From contig JBARRR010000041.1 of NCBI GenBank assembly GCA_049644325.1, positions 11,929 through 75,928 on the forward strand: a DNA stretch of 64,000 nt, written 5' to 3'. The translations under genes and the position numbers were made by a program. Under the pieces are notes generated by a model. It saw only the letters and a list, made by a program, of their open reading frames with translations, searched no databases and was not told where the DNA came from. This DNA is from Candidatus Dormiibacterota bacterium. GTDB taxonomy: Bacteria > Chloroflexota > Dormibacteria > DASZGP01. Below are positions 46,044 to 55,326 of the stretch, one piece after another (position 1 is the first letter of the stretch; every line of letters starts with the position of its first letter).

Positions 46044-47048
46044 GTGCCGTCCAGCACCGTGCAGCGCTACCGTCGTCGGCCCCAGGCGACGCGCCGTGAC
46101 TGGATCATCGCCCTGTCGGTCGCCCTGCTGCTGCTGATTTCGACCATCCTCCTCCTGACCATCCCCCGGCTGCGTGGCGCCACCCCCCAGCCTGGCGACA
46201 TCGGCGCCCAGGCAGGGGCAGCAGCGCCAACCGGTGGCACCGCCGCCGTCACATCTCACGCCCCCTTCCTCGAATGGGACTACGTCTGGGGCCTGGCTCA
46301 CCCCGCGGTCGGCGCACCCCGGGCCCAGGCGCGATCGGAGCTGATGGTGGACCTCGATAGCCGGCACGTGCTGTACGCCCACGATCCCAAGGTTCGGCTA
46401 CCGATGGCCAGCACGACCAAGCTGATGACGGCGATGGTGGCGCTCGACAACGCCTCGCTGGACACCGTGGTGAGCGTGCCCGATGACGCCACCAAGGTCG
46501 AGCCCGACCACATGGGCCTCAGCGCCGGCGAGCGCGTCCGTGTTGGCGACCTGCTGTTCGGCCTGCTGCTGGACTCCGGCAACGATGCCGCCGAGACCCT
46601 GGCGATGACCACCTTCGAGAGTCGAGAGGCCTTCATCAAGGCCATGAACGACAAGGCCGACGCCCTGGGGCTGCAGGACAGCCACTTCGCCAACCCCTCG
46701 GGCCTCGACGACCCCGCCCAGTACAGCACCGCCCAGGACCTGGCCCTGATCGCGGCCTACATCTACCAGCACTACCCCGCGATCGAGCAGGTGGCGACGA
46801 CGAAGACCCAGGGGATCACCGGGAACGGCGACCACAAGGCCTTCTTCCCGACCAACTTCAACAAGCTGCTCACGAGCTATCCCGGGACCATCGGCTTCAA
46901 GACCGGTCAAACCGACAACGCCGGCACCTGCCTGGTCACCGGCGCCAAGCGTGGCAACCGCACCCTGCTCCTGGTCGAGCTCAATGACCCGATGATTTTC
47001 ACCAACGCCACCACCATGCTCAATTACGGGTTCCAGCGACCTGACTGA
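46044..47048 (+). CDS. D-alanyl-D-alanine carboxypeptidase (S11, DacB/PBP5-like)
   Basis: 'ASTTKLMT' (SxxK), 'SGN' and a 'KTG'-like motif ('KTGQT') with an N-terminal TM/signal. The start is uncertain (GTG 46044 or nearby); the TTG at 46008 overlaps the putative promoter. Confidence 0.8.
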   Translation: MPSSTVQRYRRRPQATRRDWIIALSVALLLLISTILLLTIPRLRGATPQPGDIGAQAGAAAPTGGTAAVTSHAPFLEWDYVWGLAHPAVGAPRAQARSELMVDLDSRHVLYAHDPKVRLPMASTTKLMTAMVALDNASLDTVVSVPDDATKVEPDHMGLSAGERVRVGDLLFGLLLDSGNDAAETLAMTTFESREAFIKAMNDKADALGLQDSHFANPSGLDDPAQYSTAQDLALIAAYIYQHYPAIEQVATTKTQGITGNGDHKAFFPTNFNKLLTSYPGTIGFKTGQTDNAGTCLVTGAKRGNRTLLLVELNDPMIFTNATTMLNYGFQRPD

Positions 47049-47127
47049 TCGGCCCGAGCCCAAGCCCCGGAACCAGCTGCTGGGGCCGTACACCCTGCTG
47101 CAGCTGTTCGAGACCGCCATCTTCTCG

Positions 47128-47325
47128 GTGGTCGGCATCTTTGGCATCGTCGCCCATCACCCCTCGGTTGCGGCCCTCGGCATTGGCCTGCTCGCGGGCA
47201 AGGCGATCATCAACATCCTGCCGCGGCGGTACTCGGTGATGGTCCGCAGCATCGTTGGCTACGGCATCGGACTGGTGCTGATCGCCGGCATCACGGTGAT
47301 CCTGGTCCGCTACGTCGTCGGATAG
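47128..47325 (+). CDS. small two-TM membrane protein (hypothetical)
   Basis: Hydrophobic 65-aa ORF. The start is uncertain. Confidence 0.3.
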   Translation: MVGIFGIVAHHPSVAALGIGLLAGKAIINILPRRYSVMVRSIVGYGIGLVLIAGITVILVRYVVG

Positions 47326-47377
47326 CCCCTGGCGCGGCCGGGCCGGCTCGGCAGGGCGTTCCTATACTCGATCCGAA

Positions 47378-48289
47378 ATGAGCGTGGCCGGCAGCATCCT
47401 CGATCTTGTCGGCAACACGCCGGTGATTCGTGTCCACCTCTTCGAGGAGAGCCACCCCGGCGTGGAGTTCTACGCCAAAGCGGAGTGGTTCAACCCCGGG
47501 GGCTCGGTCAAGGATCGACCCGCCAAGCGCATGATCGAGGAGGCGGAGAAGTCGGGCGAGCTGACGCCTGACAGGATCATCCTCGACTCAACCTCGGGCA
47601 ACACCGGGATCGGCTACGCCCTGGTGGCCGCGGCCAAGGGCTACCGGCTGCGGCTGGTGATGCCCGGGAACGTCAGCAAGGAGCGGATCGAGACAGTGCG
47701 GGCCTATGGCGCGGAGATCACCTTCTCGGACCCGGGGGAGGGGTCCGACGGCGCCATCCTGGTGGCCCGTCAGATGGTCGAGGAGCATCCAGACCTCTAC
47801 TACATGCCCGACCAGTACAACAACCCCAATAACCCCCGCGCCCACTACGACACCACCGCCCCCGAGATCATCGAGCAGACGGGGGGCCGGATCACCCATT
47901 TTGTGGCCGGCCTGGGCACCAGCGGCACCATTGTCGGTACCGGCCAGCGGCTGCACGAGCACAATCCCGAGATCAAGGTCGTGGCGGTGCAGCCGTCAAG
48001 CAGCTGGCATGGCCTCGAGGGCCTCAAACACATCCCCACCGCCATCCGCCCGGGAATCTACGACGAGACCGTCCACGACCTTCTCCTTGACGTCGAGACC
48101 GAGGACGCCTACGACCTGGCCCGCCGGCTGGCCCGCACCGAGGGCATCCTCGCCGGCCACAGCTCCGGCGCCGCGCTGTGGGGCGCGGCCCAGGTCACCC
48201 AGGACCTGGACGAGGCGGTGGTGGTGATGATCTTCCCCGACGGCGGCGACCGCTACCTCTCCGGCGGGCTGTACGTGAATAACCTCTAG
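47378..48289 (+). CDS. cysM: cysteine synthase (CysM/CysK family, PLP-dependent)
   Basis: 'SVKDR' PLP-Lys motif and a 'GTSGT' loop. Confidence 0.85.
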   Translation: MSVAGSILDLVGNTPVIRVHLFEESHPGVEFYAKAEWFNPGGSVKDRPAKRMIEEAEKSGELTPDRIILDSTSGNTGIGYALVAAAKGYRLRLVMPGNVSKERIETVRAYGAEITFSDPGEGSDGAILVARQMVEEHPDLYYMPDQYNNPNNPRAHYDTTAPEIIEQTGGRITHFVAGLGTSGTIVGTGQRLHEHNPEIKVVAVQPSSSWHGLEGLKHIPTAIRPGIYDETVHDLLLDVETEDAYDLARRLARTEGILAGHSSGAALWGAAQVTQDLDEAVVVMIFPDGGDRYLSGGLYVNNL

Positions 48290-48290
48290 G

Positions 48291-48704
48291 GTGCGGATCG
48301 CGCCGCAGCTCCGGCAGCAGATGGCCGCAATGGGGGAGGCCGCCTACCCCAACGAGGGCTGTGGCATCTTCCTGGGGACCCCGGGCGATGATCCTGATGT
48401 GGTCGAGGTGCGCCTGGCGACCAACCTCCGCCAGGACCGCGCCCGCGATCGATACGTCATGGACCCCAAGGACATCATGCTGGCGGAGCGGGAGGCCGAG
48501 GCCCGCGGCCTGGAGGTGCTCGGCTTCTGGCACACCCATCCCGACCACCCGGCGCGGCCGTCGCAGTACGACGCCGAGCATGCCTGGCCAGAGTACGTTT
48601 ACGTAATCATGGCGATCGAGGCGGGCAAGCTGGCCGAGGTCACCGCCTGGGTCCTGGAGTCGGAGACGCCGCCCGTCTTCGCGGAGACGGCCCTCAGCGG
48701 TTGA
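48291..48704 (+). CDS. Mov34/MPN/JAMM metalloprotease (Mec+-like, CysO-deconjugating)
   Basis: JAMM motif 'E...HTHPDHPARPSQYD' (H-x-H-x7-S-xx-D). It starts 2 nt after cysM. Confidence 0.8.
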   Translation: MRIAPQLRQQMAAMGEAAYPNEGCGIFLGTPGDDPDVVEVRLATNLRQDRARDRYVMDPKDIMLAEREAEARGLEVLGFWHTHPDHPARPSQYDAEHAWPEYVYVIMAIEAGKLAEVTAWVLESETPPVFAETALSG

Positions 48705-48705
48705 G

Positions 48706-49437
48706 CTAGGCCGGGGTCACCGGGGCGGCCGCGGGCGGCGCCGGTGGGGGAGCGCCGTCACCCAGCGAGTACTCGTAGTAGCGCAGGACTCCGGCCTGCA
48801 CGGCATACGCGTAGGCCAGGGTAAAGATGACCCCGATGCAGCAGGCGTAGGTCCCCAGGCCGCCGAGGAAGTTGGCAGCGTAGAAGAGCAGCGCTGCGAT
48901 CACCGTGTTGCCCAGGTTGTGGCGCGCGATGCCCAGGACGTACGAGGGGCTGACCCCGGCGGAGACGCCGCCCCGCTCGCTGGCGATGATGATTGCCGGT
49001 TGCAGCACCTGCACCACCAGGGCAAAGGCGATGCCGATAAAGAGGAGCAGGTAGTAGATCAGGATGCCCAGCCCGATGCCGGCGCTGGCGGCGTCGGAGG
49101 CGCCGGAGCCTCTCGGACCGGAGGTGGCGGCGGCGGCGGCGATGAAGATGAAGAAGATGACGTAGGCGCCGAGAAAGACGACGATCACCGGCAGGTACCA
49201 CACCAGCAGCGCCAGGAAGGCATGCCAGCCGCGGCCGATGTAGCCCAGGCCCGCCGGGGGCAGGTCGGTTCGGCCCTGGCGGTAGTAGTCGAGGGTGGTC
49301 AGCTCCCAGCCCAGCAGGTTGATCCACCCGACGATGGGGATCAGGGCGATCAGGCCCATGAGGGCGAAGGCTCCGAACCACCCCGGGGACTTGAAGGGAA
49401 GCGTGAAAACGGCGCCCACACCTGGCATGCGAGACAC
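48706..49437 (-). CDS. polytopic membrane protein (DUF4013-like, tentative)
   Basis: 243 aa with several TM helices and a Pro/Ala-rich C-terminal tail. Confidence 0.45.
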   Translation of the reverse strand: MSRMPGVGAVFTLPFKSPGWFGAFALMGLIALIPIVGWINLLGWELTTLDYYRQGRTDLPPAGLGYIGRGWHAFLALLVWYLPVIVVFLGAYVIFFIFIAAAAATSGPRGSGASDAASAGIGLGILIYYLLLFIGIAFALVVQVLQPAIIIASERGGVSAGVSPSYVLGIARHNLGNTVIAALLFYAANFLGGLGTYACCIGVIFTLAYAYAVQAGVLRYYEYSLGDGAPPPAPPAAAPVTPA

Positions 49438-49461
49438 AGTACAACAGAACCGCCGACCGCC

Positions 49462-50847
49462 ATGGACGCCTCCGATCCGCCCGCTGTTAGCCTTCCGGAG
49501 ATGCCCCGTCAGAGCCAGTCATTGCCCCTGGTGGCCATCGTCGGACGCCCCAACGTGGGCAAGTCGACGCTGTTCAACCGCCTCATCGGCAGGCGGCAAT
49601 CGATCGTGGATTCCGAAGCCGGCCTGACGCGAGACCGGCTCTACGGCCAGACCGACTGGCGCGGCCGCACCTTCGCGGTGGTCGACACCGCCGGCCTTGA
49701 CCGCCAGGCTCGGGGCGAGCTGGTCGAGAACACGCAGCAGGGCACGGCGGTCGCCCTGGAGGAGGCGGACGCCATCATCTTCGTCGTGGACGTCCGGGCC
49801 GGGCTGACCGCGTTGGACACCGAGGTCGGCGACATGCTCCGGCGCCGGCGCCGGCCGATGGTGCTGGCAGCCAACAAGGCCGAGTCGCAAAAAGACGAGG
49901 GCTATCTGCACGAGCTGTTCGAGCTCGGCCTGGGCGAGCCAACTCCGATCTCGGCGCTGCACGGGACCGGGGTCGGCGACCTCCTCGACCAGGTGGTCGA
50001 GGCCCTGCCCCCGGCCGACGAGTCCCTCGAGGACACAACCGACGCTGACACCCTCTCGGTTTCGATCCTGGGCCGGCCCAACGTCGGCAAGTCGTCGCTC
50101 CTCAACAAGATCCTCGGCGACGAGCGCAGCCTGGTGGCCACCATCCCCGGCACCACGCGCGACCCGGTCGACACGGAGCTGGACTTCGAGGGCCGTCGGG
50201 TTCGCCTGGTCGACACCGCGGGCATCCGGCGCAAGGGCGTGACCAAGGGCGGGGTGGAGCACTACAGCGTGCTGCGCGGTCTTCGAGCCCTGGAGCGAAG
50301 CGACGTCGCCCTGATCGTGGTCGCCGCCACCGAAGGCATCCTGGCCCAGGACCAGCACATCGCCGGCTACGCCGTCGACGGCGGCAAGGGCGTGGTCCTG
50401 GTGGTCAATAAATGGGACCTGCTGCCGCAGGAGGAGCGCGATGACAAAGCCTGGCGGCGGAAGGTCGACAACGCATTCAAGTTCATCCCCGGCGTCCCCG
50501 TGGTCTATGCGTCCGCGCTCACCGGCCGGCGGGTTACCGACGTCATCCCGGCGGCGGTTCGCGTCGCCGAAAACCGCCGGCGGCGGATCGCCACCCCCGA
50601 GCTCAACCGCGTGGTGCAGAAGGCGATAGAGGACAACCCCCCGCCAACTCGCAAGGGCAAGCAGCTCAAGGTCCTCTACGCCGCCCAGGGCAAGGAGCGG
50701 ACGCCAACGATCGTGCTTTTCGTCAACGACCCCGACCTGGCCCATTTCTCCTACCGCAGGTACCTTGAGAACCAGGTGCGAGAGAAGTACGACTTCGCCG
50801 GCGTGCCGCTGCGCCTGCTGATGCGAAAGCGGGTGGAGGAGCGCTGA
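49462..50847 (+). CDS. der: ribosome-associated GTPase Der (EngA)
   Basis: Tandem GTPase domains ('GRPNVGKSTL' twice) and a KH-like C-terminus. The ATG at 49462 is used; the ORF from 48919 is an upstream frame extension. Confidence 0.9.
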   Translation: MDASDPPAVSLPEMPRQSQSLPLVAIVGRPNVGKSTLFNRLIGRRQSIVDSEAGLTRDRLYGQTDWRGRTFAVVDTAGLDRQARGELVENTQQGTAVALEEADAIIFVVDVRAGLTALDTEVGDMLRRRRRPMVLAANKAESQKDEGYLHELFELGLGEPTPISALHGTGVGDLLDQVVEALPPADESLEDTTDADTLSVSILGRPNVGKSSLLNKILGDERSLVATIPGTTRDPVDTELDFEGRRVRLVDTAGIRRKGVTKGGVEHYSVLRGLRALERSDVALIVVAATEGILAQDQHIAGYAVDGGKGVVLVVNKWDLLPQEERDDKAWRRKVDNAFKFIPGVPVVYASALTGRRVTDVIPAAVRVAENRRRRIATPELNRVVQKAIEDNPPPTRKGKQLKVLYAAQGKERTPTIVLFVNDPDLAHFSYRRYLENQVREKYDFAGVPLRLLMRKRVEER

Positions 50848-51887
50848 TGGCCGCCTCCGACCGCATCGCCATCATCGGCGCCGGCAGCTGGGGTACGGCG
50901 CTGGCCTGCAACCTGGGGAGGGGAGGGGAGACCTTCCTCTGGTCCCGCGACCCCGAACAGGTCGCGCACATGAAGGCGGAGCGCCACAACCCTCGCCACC
51001 TGCCGGACGCTGAGTTTCCCAAGCAGGTGTATTTCACCGAGGACCTGGCGGATGCCGTCTACAACGTGCCCATCGTGATCATGGCGGTGCCCGCCAAGGC
51101 GATGAGCACCACCGCGCTGGCGCTATCGGCGGTGCTGCGCACGCAGGCGCGGCGGGGCACTGAGGGGCCGCTGGTGCTGAGCGCGGCCAAGGGGCTCGAC
51201 CCGGACAGCGGGCGCCTCATGTCGCAGGTGCTGGCCGAGGCGCTGGGCGACCGCGCCACGATCGGGGCGCTGTCGGGCCCCAACATCGCCATCGAGGTGG
51301 CAACCGGACTCCCGACCGCCACCGTGATCGCGACCACCGACGGTCGCCGCGCCGAGGATGCCCAGCGCCGCATCTCGGGCAGCCGGTTGCGCGCCTACAC
51401 CAATGACGATGTCGTCGGCGTCGAGGTGGGTGGGGCGATGAAGAACGTGGTCGCCATCGCCGCGGGGATCGCGGACGGCATGGAGGCCGGTGACAACGCC
51501 AAGGCGGCCCTGATGACACGCGGGCTGTCGGAGATGACCCGCCTGGGCGTGGCCACGGGGGCCCGGGCGCGGACCTTCGCCGGCCTTACCGGGTTGGGCG
51601 ACCTGATCGTGACCTGCGCCTCGCCCCACAGTCGCAACCGGCGTGTGGGCATGGCCTTGGGCAAGGGCCAAACCCTGGAGCAGGTACTGGCGGGGATGAC
51701 GGAGATCGCCGAGGGTGTCAACACCACCCGCGAGGCGGTGCGCCTGGGGCGGCGGCTCGAGGTCGAGCTGCCCATCGCCGAGGCGCTGGCGGCGATCATG
51801 TTCGAGGGCGCCGACCCGATGACCACCGCGGCCGGCCTGATGACGCGGACGGGACGAAGTGAGATGGAGGGATTGGGACTCGGCTAG
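50847..51887 (+). CDS. gpsA: NAD(P)H-dependent glycerol-3-phosphate dehydrogenase
   Basis: 'IAIIGAGSWGTALA' and the GpsA C-terminal domain. It overlaps the der stop. Confidence 0.9.
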   Translation: MAASDRIAIIGAGSWGTALACNLGRGGETFLWSRDPEQVAHMKAERHNPRHLPDAEFPKQVYFTEDLADAVYNVPIVIMAVPAKAMSTTALALSAVLRTQARRGTEGPLVLSAAKGLDPDSGRLMSQVLAEALGDRATIGALSGPNIAIEVATGLPTATVIATTDGRRAEDAQRRISGSRLRAYTNDDVVGVEVGGAMKNVVAIAAGIADGMEAGDNAKAALMTRGLSEMTRLGVATGARARTFAGLTGLGDLIVTCASPHSRNRRVGMALGKGQTLEQVLAGMTEIAEGVNTTREAVRLGRRLEVELPIAEALAAIMFEGADPMTTAAGLMTRTGRSEMEGLGLG

Positions 51888-51900
51888 AATCGAGGCCGGG

Positions 51901-51977
51901 CGGCGAGTGGCGCAGCTCGGTAGCGCACCAGTCTGGGGGACTGGGGGTCGCAGGTTCAAATCCTGTCTCGCCGACCA
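51901..51977 (+). tRNA. tRNA-Pro (anticodon GGG)
   Basis: Acceptor CGGCGAG/CTCGCCG, anticodon loop CTGGGGG, T-loop GGTTCAAATCC, encoded CCA. Confidence 0.85.
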
Positions 51978-52007
51978 CCACTCGTCAGCAAACCGCTAAG
52001 GAGGCTA

Positions 52008-52235
52008 ATGAAGGTCTGGACCCTGGCCAAAGACGGCCACACTGTTGAGGTGACCGACACCGGTTGGATCAGCGGTCCGGATATCCCCTTCCTGGAGGAG
52101 GTTCGGCGGCTATTCGACGAGCCGCTGGACGAGACCGGCGCCTTCCCCCTTCCGGGGATGCGGGGGTACCAGGAAAAGCGCGTCGAGCAGCTGACCAAGG
52201 AGGGCTTCGATGTCGTCGAGACTCACGAGGTCTGA
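52008..52235 (+). CDS. small hypothetical protein
   Basis: 75-aa ORF with a strong Shine-Dalgarno 'taaggaggctaATG'. Confidence 0.45.
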   Translation: MKVWTLAKDGHTVEVTDTGWISGPDIPFLEEVRRLFDEPLDETGAFPLPGMRGYQEKRVEQLTKEGFDVVETHEV

Positions 52236-52236
52236 G

Positions 52237-53079
52237 GTGTCCGAAAGCGCGACCGAGACCGGCCAGGCACTGAGCTTCCGCGACCGCCTGCTGGCTTCCT
52301 GCGAGGCTCGTAAATCACACGTCTGCGTCGGCCTGGACCCTGACCTTGGAACCCTGCCCGAGGGCTTCAACCGGGATCCCGACGACCTCCTGCGCTTCAC
52401 CACCGCGATCATCGAGGCGACGTCCGACGTGACCGCGGCATACAAGCCCAACTCGGCGTTCTACGAGGTCCTCGGCGCCCACGGATGGGAGGTGCTGCAG
52501 GCGGTGATCGCCGCGGTCCCTAGCGACATCCCGGTGATCCTGGACGCCAAGCGGGGCGACGTGGGCAACACTGCTCTGCGCTACGCCCAGGCCGCCTTTG
52601 ACGTCCTGGGCGCGTCGGCGGTGACCGTCAACCCCTACCTCGGCGGCGACAGCCTGCGGCCCTTCCTCAACCGCGCCGACCGCGGCATCTTCATCGTCTG
52701 TCGCACCTCCAACCCGGGCGCCGCCGACCTCCAGGATCTGCACGTCGGGGAGCGTCCGCTCTACCGCCACGTGGCCAGGCTGGCGCGAGAGTGGAACATC
52801 CTGGGCAACGTCGGCCTGGTCGCCGGCGCCACCTGGCCCGAGGAGCTTGCCGCCGTCCGCGAGGACTGCCCGGGGATGCCGCTGCTGATCCCCGGGGTGG
52901 GGGCCCAGGGTGGCGACATCGCCGCCGCCATCAAGGCGGTGGCCGGCAGCGAGGGCGACCAGCCGTTCCTGCTGTCCTCCTCCCGCGCGATAGTCAACGC
53001 CAGCTCCGGCGCCGACTTCCAGGAGGCCGCCTCGGGCGCGGCCCACGACCTGCGCGAACGCATCGCCGCCGCTCTCTAG
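52237..53079 (+). CDS. pyrF: orotidine 5'-phosphate decarboxylase (type 2)
   Basis: 'VCVGLDPD' and 'DAKRGDVGNTA' motifs. The start is a GTG at 52237 or the ATG at 52210. Confidence 0.85.
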   Translation: MSESATETGQALSFRDRLLASCEARKSHVCVGLDPDLGTLPEGFNRDPDDLLRFTTAIIEATSDVTAAYKPNSAFYEVLGAHGWEVLQAVIAAVPSDIPVILDAKRGDVGNTALRYAQAAFDVLGASAVTVNPYLGGDSLRPFLNRADRGIFIVCRTSNPGAADLQDLHVGERPLYRHVARLAREWNILGNVGLVAGATWPEELAAVREDCPGMPLLIPGVGAQGGDIAAAIKAVAGSEGDQPFLLSSSRAIVNASSGADFQEAASGAAHDLRERIAAAL

Positions 53080-53088
53080 AATTCGCTG

Positions 53089-54306
53089 ATGCCGCACGCC
53101 GTGGTGGCCCTTGAGGGCCACGTCATCGACTCCCTTGCGCTACCCAAGGTCTGGGACACGATCATGGACCTCGGCGGCGACTTCGACGTGGAGGAGTTCC
53201 GCGTCGGCAAACACAAGGATGAGACGTCGTATGTGCGGCTGTCGGTGCAGGCCGACTCGGACGAAGTGCTCGAGGAGATCCTCAGCGCCATCCAGCAGTA
53301 CGGCGCCGCCCCCATCGACCAGGCCGAGGCGCGCCTGGAGCCGGTCCAGCAGGAGGGGGTGTTCCCCAAGGATTTCTACTCCACCAGCAACCAGCCCACC
53401 GACGTCCGCGTCGGGGCCAAGTGGCTGGAGGTGGAGAACATCGAGATGGACTGCGGGGTGGCGGTCGACGGCGAACGCGCCTACTGCCTCCCAGTGGATG
53501 AGGCCCGCGCCGGCCAGCAGGTCGTCTGCGGCTACCAGGGCATCCGGATACGCCCCCTGGAGCGGGCTCGCGACCGCGAGCTGTTCGGCTTCATGCAGTC
53601 GCAGGTCTCGGCCGAGAAGCCCAAGAAGCTGGTGATCCGGGAGATTGCCAGGACCATGCGCCAGATCCGCGAGGACGGCGGCGACATCCTCTTCGTCGGC
53701 GGCCCCGCCATCGTCCACACCGGGGCCGGGCGCTACCTCAGCTCGATGATCAAGGGCGGCTTCGTCCAGGTGATCTTCGCCGGCAACGCGCTGGCAGCCC
53801 ACGACATCGAGTCCTCGATCTACGGCACCTCGCTGGGCATCAGCCTGGAGTCCGGCCTCGGCGCCGAGCACGGCCACGAGCACCACATCCACGCCATCAA
53901 CGAGGTGCGGCGCGCGGGGTCGATCAAGGCCGCCGTGGACACGGGCGTAATCACCCAGGGCGTGATGTACGAGGCCGTCAAGGCGGGCGTGGACGTGGTG
54001 CTGGCCGGCTCGATCCGTGACGACGGTCCACTTCCCGACGTGATCACCGACATGGTGGTGGCGCAGAAGCGCATGCGCGAGGCGATCCAGCAGCGCGACA
54101 TCCGGCTGGCGCTGCTGGTCGGCACCATGCTGCACAGCATCGCCACCGGCAACCTGCTGCCGGCAACGGTGCGCACCGTGTGCGTGGACATGGAGCCCGC
54201 GGTGGTGACCAAGCTGACCGATCGTGGCTCCTTCCAGACCATAGGCATCGTCACCGACGTCGAGTCGTTCCTGCGCGAGCTGGCTGCCGACCTCGAGTCG
54301 GGATGA
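53089..54306 (+). CDS. LOR/SDH-conserved-domain protein (TIGR00300 family; archaeal-type ornithine cyclodeaminase-like)
   Basis: Length and a Gly-rich 'FVGGPAIVHTGAG' Rossmann-like region match the TIGR00300 family. The assignment comes from recall, not a search. Confidence 0.45.
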   Translation: MPHAVVALEGHVIDSLALPKVWDTIMDLGGDFDVEEFRVGKHKDETSYVRLSVQADSDEVLEEILSAIQQYGAAPIDQAEARLEPVQQEGVFPKDFYSTSNQPTDVRVGAKWLEVENIEMDCGVAVDGERAYCLPVDEARAGQQVVCGYQGIRIRPLERARDRELFGFMQSQVSAEKPKKLVIREIARTMRQIREDGGDILFVGGPAIVHTGAGRYLSSMIKGGFVQVIFAGNALAAHDIESSIYGTSLGISLESGLGAEHGHEHHIHAINEVRRAGSIKAAVDTGVITQGVMYEAVKAGVDVVLAGSIRDDGPLPDVITDMVVAQKRMREAIQQRDIRLALLVGTMLHSIATGNLLPATVRTVCVDMEPAVVTKLTDRGSFQTIGIVTDVESFLRELAADLESG

Positions 54307-55268
54307 CGGACGGCAGCCGCGCGCCGCTGCTGCTGACGCACCCAGCCTCGCTGCTACACCAGGCCCCGGGTCACCCGGAGAGCCCGGAGCGGCTGACAGC
54401 CATCGAGGCGGCGATTGCCGCCGACCCGGAGCTCAGCGCCCTGCCCCGGGCCCAGGCTGACCCGGTGGCGCTGAGCCTGGTCGAGAAGGTTCACCACCCG
54501 GGCTACGTCGCCAGCGTCGTCGACGCCGGCCGGCAGGTGGATGAGGAGCACATCGGCGGCTGGCTGGATGCGGATACGTGGATCGGGCCGGGGTCGCTGG
54601 AGGCGGCGATGACCGCGGCCGGGGCGGCCGTGGAAGCGGTGCGGCGGGTGCTGGCGGGCGACAACCTGAGCGCTTTTTCGCTGACCCGCCCACCCGGGCA
54701 TCACGCCACCCGCGATGTGGCCATGGGGTTCTGCCTCTTCAACAACATCGCCATCGGGGCCCAAGCGGGGCTCGACGCCGGGCTGGAGCGGGTGGCGATC
54801 GTCGACTTCGACGTCCACCACGGCAACGGGACCCAGGACATCTTCTACGATCGAAATGACGTCTACTACATGTCTTGCCACCAGTGGCCGTTGTACCCGG
54901 GCACCGGGATCCATACCGAGCGGGGTAGGGGAGAGGGGGTCGGCTACACCCTCAACGAGCCCATGGCCGCCGGCGGCGGCGAGGCCGGGTACCTCCAGGT
55001 CTTCGACGACCGCTTCGCCCCGGCGCTGCGCCAGTACCAGCCCGACCTGCTGATGCTGAGCGCCGGTTTCGACGCCCACGAGCACGACCCGCTGGCCAAC
55101 ATGCGCCTCACCACCGCCAGCTACGGTGTCCTCGCCGAGCGGATCCGGGGCTGGGCGGAGGAGCTCTGCCAGGGCAGGTCGGTCTGGTGCCTCGAGGGCG
55201 GATACGACCTCGAGGGCCTCTCGGGAAGCGTGGTCCAGGTGCTGCGCCATCTCCGCGGCCAACCTTAG
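54303..55268 (+). CDS. histone deacetylase-family amidohydrolase (AcuC/acetylpolyamine amidohydrolase-like)
   Basis: 'FDVHHGNGTQDIF' and a 'GGYDLEGL' region. The ATG at 54303 overlaps the upstream stop. Confidence 0.8.
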   Translation: MTDGSRAPLLLTHPASLLHQAPGHPESPERLTAIEAAIAADPELSALPRAQADPVALSLVEKVHHPGYVASVVDAGRQVDEEHIGGWLDADTWIGPGSLEAAMTAAGAAVEAVRRVLAGDNLSAFSLTRPPGHHATRDVAMGFCLFNNIAIGAQAGLDAGLERVAIVDFDVHHGNGTQDIFYDRNDVYYMSCHQWPLYPGTGIHTERGRGEGVGYTLNEPMAAGGGEAGYLQVFDDRFAPALRQYQPDLLMLSAGFDAHEHDPLANMRLTTASYGVLAERIRGWAEELCQGRSVWCLEGGYDLEGLSGSVVQVLRHLRGQP

Positions 55269-55326
55269 AGCCGAACTCGGGCGGGGTTGACACCCCGGGA
55301 TTGCCCCTCAGAATGGCCTTATCCCC

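Noticed and set aside
48919-49461. N-terminal extension of der to 642 aa
   Set aside because: The extension is antisense to the DUF4013-like membrane gene and consists of Gly/Asp/Glu-rich low-complexity sequence. The ATG at 49462 gives a canonical 461-aa Der.
51123-55262. Series of 270-330-aa minus-strand ORFs over gpsA, pyrF, the LOR/SDH gene and the HDAC gene
   Set aside because: All are antisense to well-supported housekeeping genes and show high-GC third-position mirror composition.
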